From assembly GCF_003428155.1 (NCBI RefSeq), contig NZ_QLIR01000024.1, forward strand, positions 1 through 24,284: a stretch of 24,284 nucleotides of DNA, given 5' to 3'. The notes under the pieces are model-generated. The model did not search any database and was not told the DNA's origin. It was given only the letters and a program-made list of their open reading frames with translations. This document shows positions 23,690 through 24,284 of this stretch, one piece after another. The DNA is from Fastidiosibacter lacustris. GTDB lineage: Bacteria; Pseudomonadota; Gammaproteobacteria; Francisellales; Francisellaceae. Position 1 is the stretch's first letter. Every line of letters begins with the position of its first letter. The position numbers and the translations under genes are program-made.

Positions 23690-24284
23690 CTTTCTATCTT
23701 TATTTCTCTGAGATAGGTGTTATTTAACGATAAAACGTTTATCTTTTGCCATTTAAAATCAAAGTTTTTTAAATTTTTTAAGATATTTTCAGTTTTATTT
23801 TGCAATATTAATAGATTAAACTTACTCATAAAATTCTGATCTTCTTGCCAGCCCATGCGTAATAAAAATCGTCCAATTAAATCACTATTATCATTATTGT
23901 GTAAATAATCAATTAAATCGTCAATAAATTTATCAAAGCTCACTTTAGCGAGAGGTTGGTTTTTGACTGTAAGCATGTCGGATAATCGAATTAAATTTGG
24001 ATTAAAAACGTGATAAGTATCATTGCTTAATTCTACTTTGTTAAAAAGCTTTACAATCGCTTGTGCTGTAATATCGGCAGGGGAGATTTCCACTTCATCC
24101 AGAACTTCAGCAATACACCCTAATTGAGCGATAAACTTCACATAGTTAGCAAAAGAGTTATCTTCAACATCCTCTTGTACTTTGCCATTTTGTTGCATAA
24201 ACGCTAAATTACCGACTCGATAAATATTGCTTTTTATTCCCTTCTCGCGCCATTTAATGGTTTCAATCTCACCTAAATACTTAG
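23668..24284 (-). CDS. 3' part of a gene encoding a terminal thioester-reductase (NAD_binding_4/SDR-type) domain protein, NRPS/PKS/carboxylate-reductase-like. Partial; the 5' end is outside the window.
   Basis: My hand translation shows the frame open from 24198 to the window edge: KYLGEIETIKWREKGIKSNIYRVGNLAFMQQNGKVQEDVEDNSFANYVKFIAQLGCIAEV...ISPADITAQAIVKLF...TYHVFNPN. This is collinear with the R-P-G-x-I-x-G ... PVD-x-x-A-x-AI ... (Y/F)H-x-x-NP region of TR domains. The TAG stop (23668-23670) overlaps the kinase start. Confidence 0.65.
   Translation of the reverse strand, partial: KYLGEIETIKWREKGIKSNIYRVGNLAFMQQNGKVQEDVEDNSFANYVKFIAQLGCIAEVLDEVEISPADITAQAIVKLFNKVELSNDTYHVFNPNLIRLSDMLTVKNQPLAKVSFDKFIDDLIDYLHNNDNSDLIGRFLLRMGWQEDQNFMSKFNLLILQNKTENILKNLKNFDFKWQKINVLSLNNTYLREIKIESKEALCQ

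Noticed and set aside
1-24284. CRISPR arrays, tRNA or rRNA genes
   Set aside because: I saw no periodic short repeat-spacer structure, no cloverleaf-compatible segment and no rRNA-like conserved block. The only sizeable repeat is the 426-bp PAS-module duplication.

Overview
This is an AT-rich chromosomal segment that looks gammaproteobacterial. The gene content resembles Legionellales, but that taxon call is inference only.

Left to right on the plus strand:
- A duplicated-permease ABC importer and its ATPase (243-3457).
- A DinG-family Fe-S helicase (3784-5832).
- A visibly lower-GC insertion of about 3.9 kb (about 6118-9980). It holds one long reading frame (6204-9815) encoding an unassignable N-terminal module of about 400 aa joined to a Upf1/DNA2-like SF1B helicase with a long coiled-coil insertion. 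A single in-frame TAA at 7206-7208 breaks this frame.
- iscR(Rrf2)-sufB-sufC-sufD (10020-13977).
- A 553-bp non-coding gap with tandem GGA-rich hairpins, a candidate sRNA.
- An APC amino-acid permease (14531-15910).
- An arginine-to-putrescine module, speA-aguA-aguB (16232-19830).

On the minus strand:
- An MFS transporter (19894-21156).
- Two tandem soluble PAS sensor proteins that share a 426-bp near-identical 5' module. One is a canonical histidine kinase; the other has every catalytic motif degenerate.
- The 3' end of a thioester-reductase (NRPS/PKS-type) gene that runs off the window.

I recognised no rRNA, tRNA, CRISPR array, transposase or integrase. The best candidate for a novel system is the helicase island at 6204-9815.
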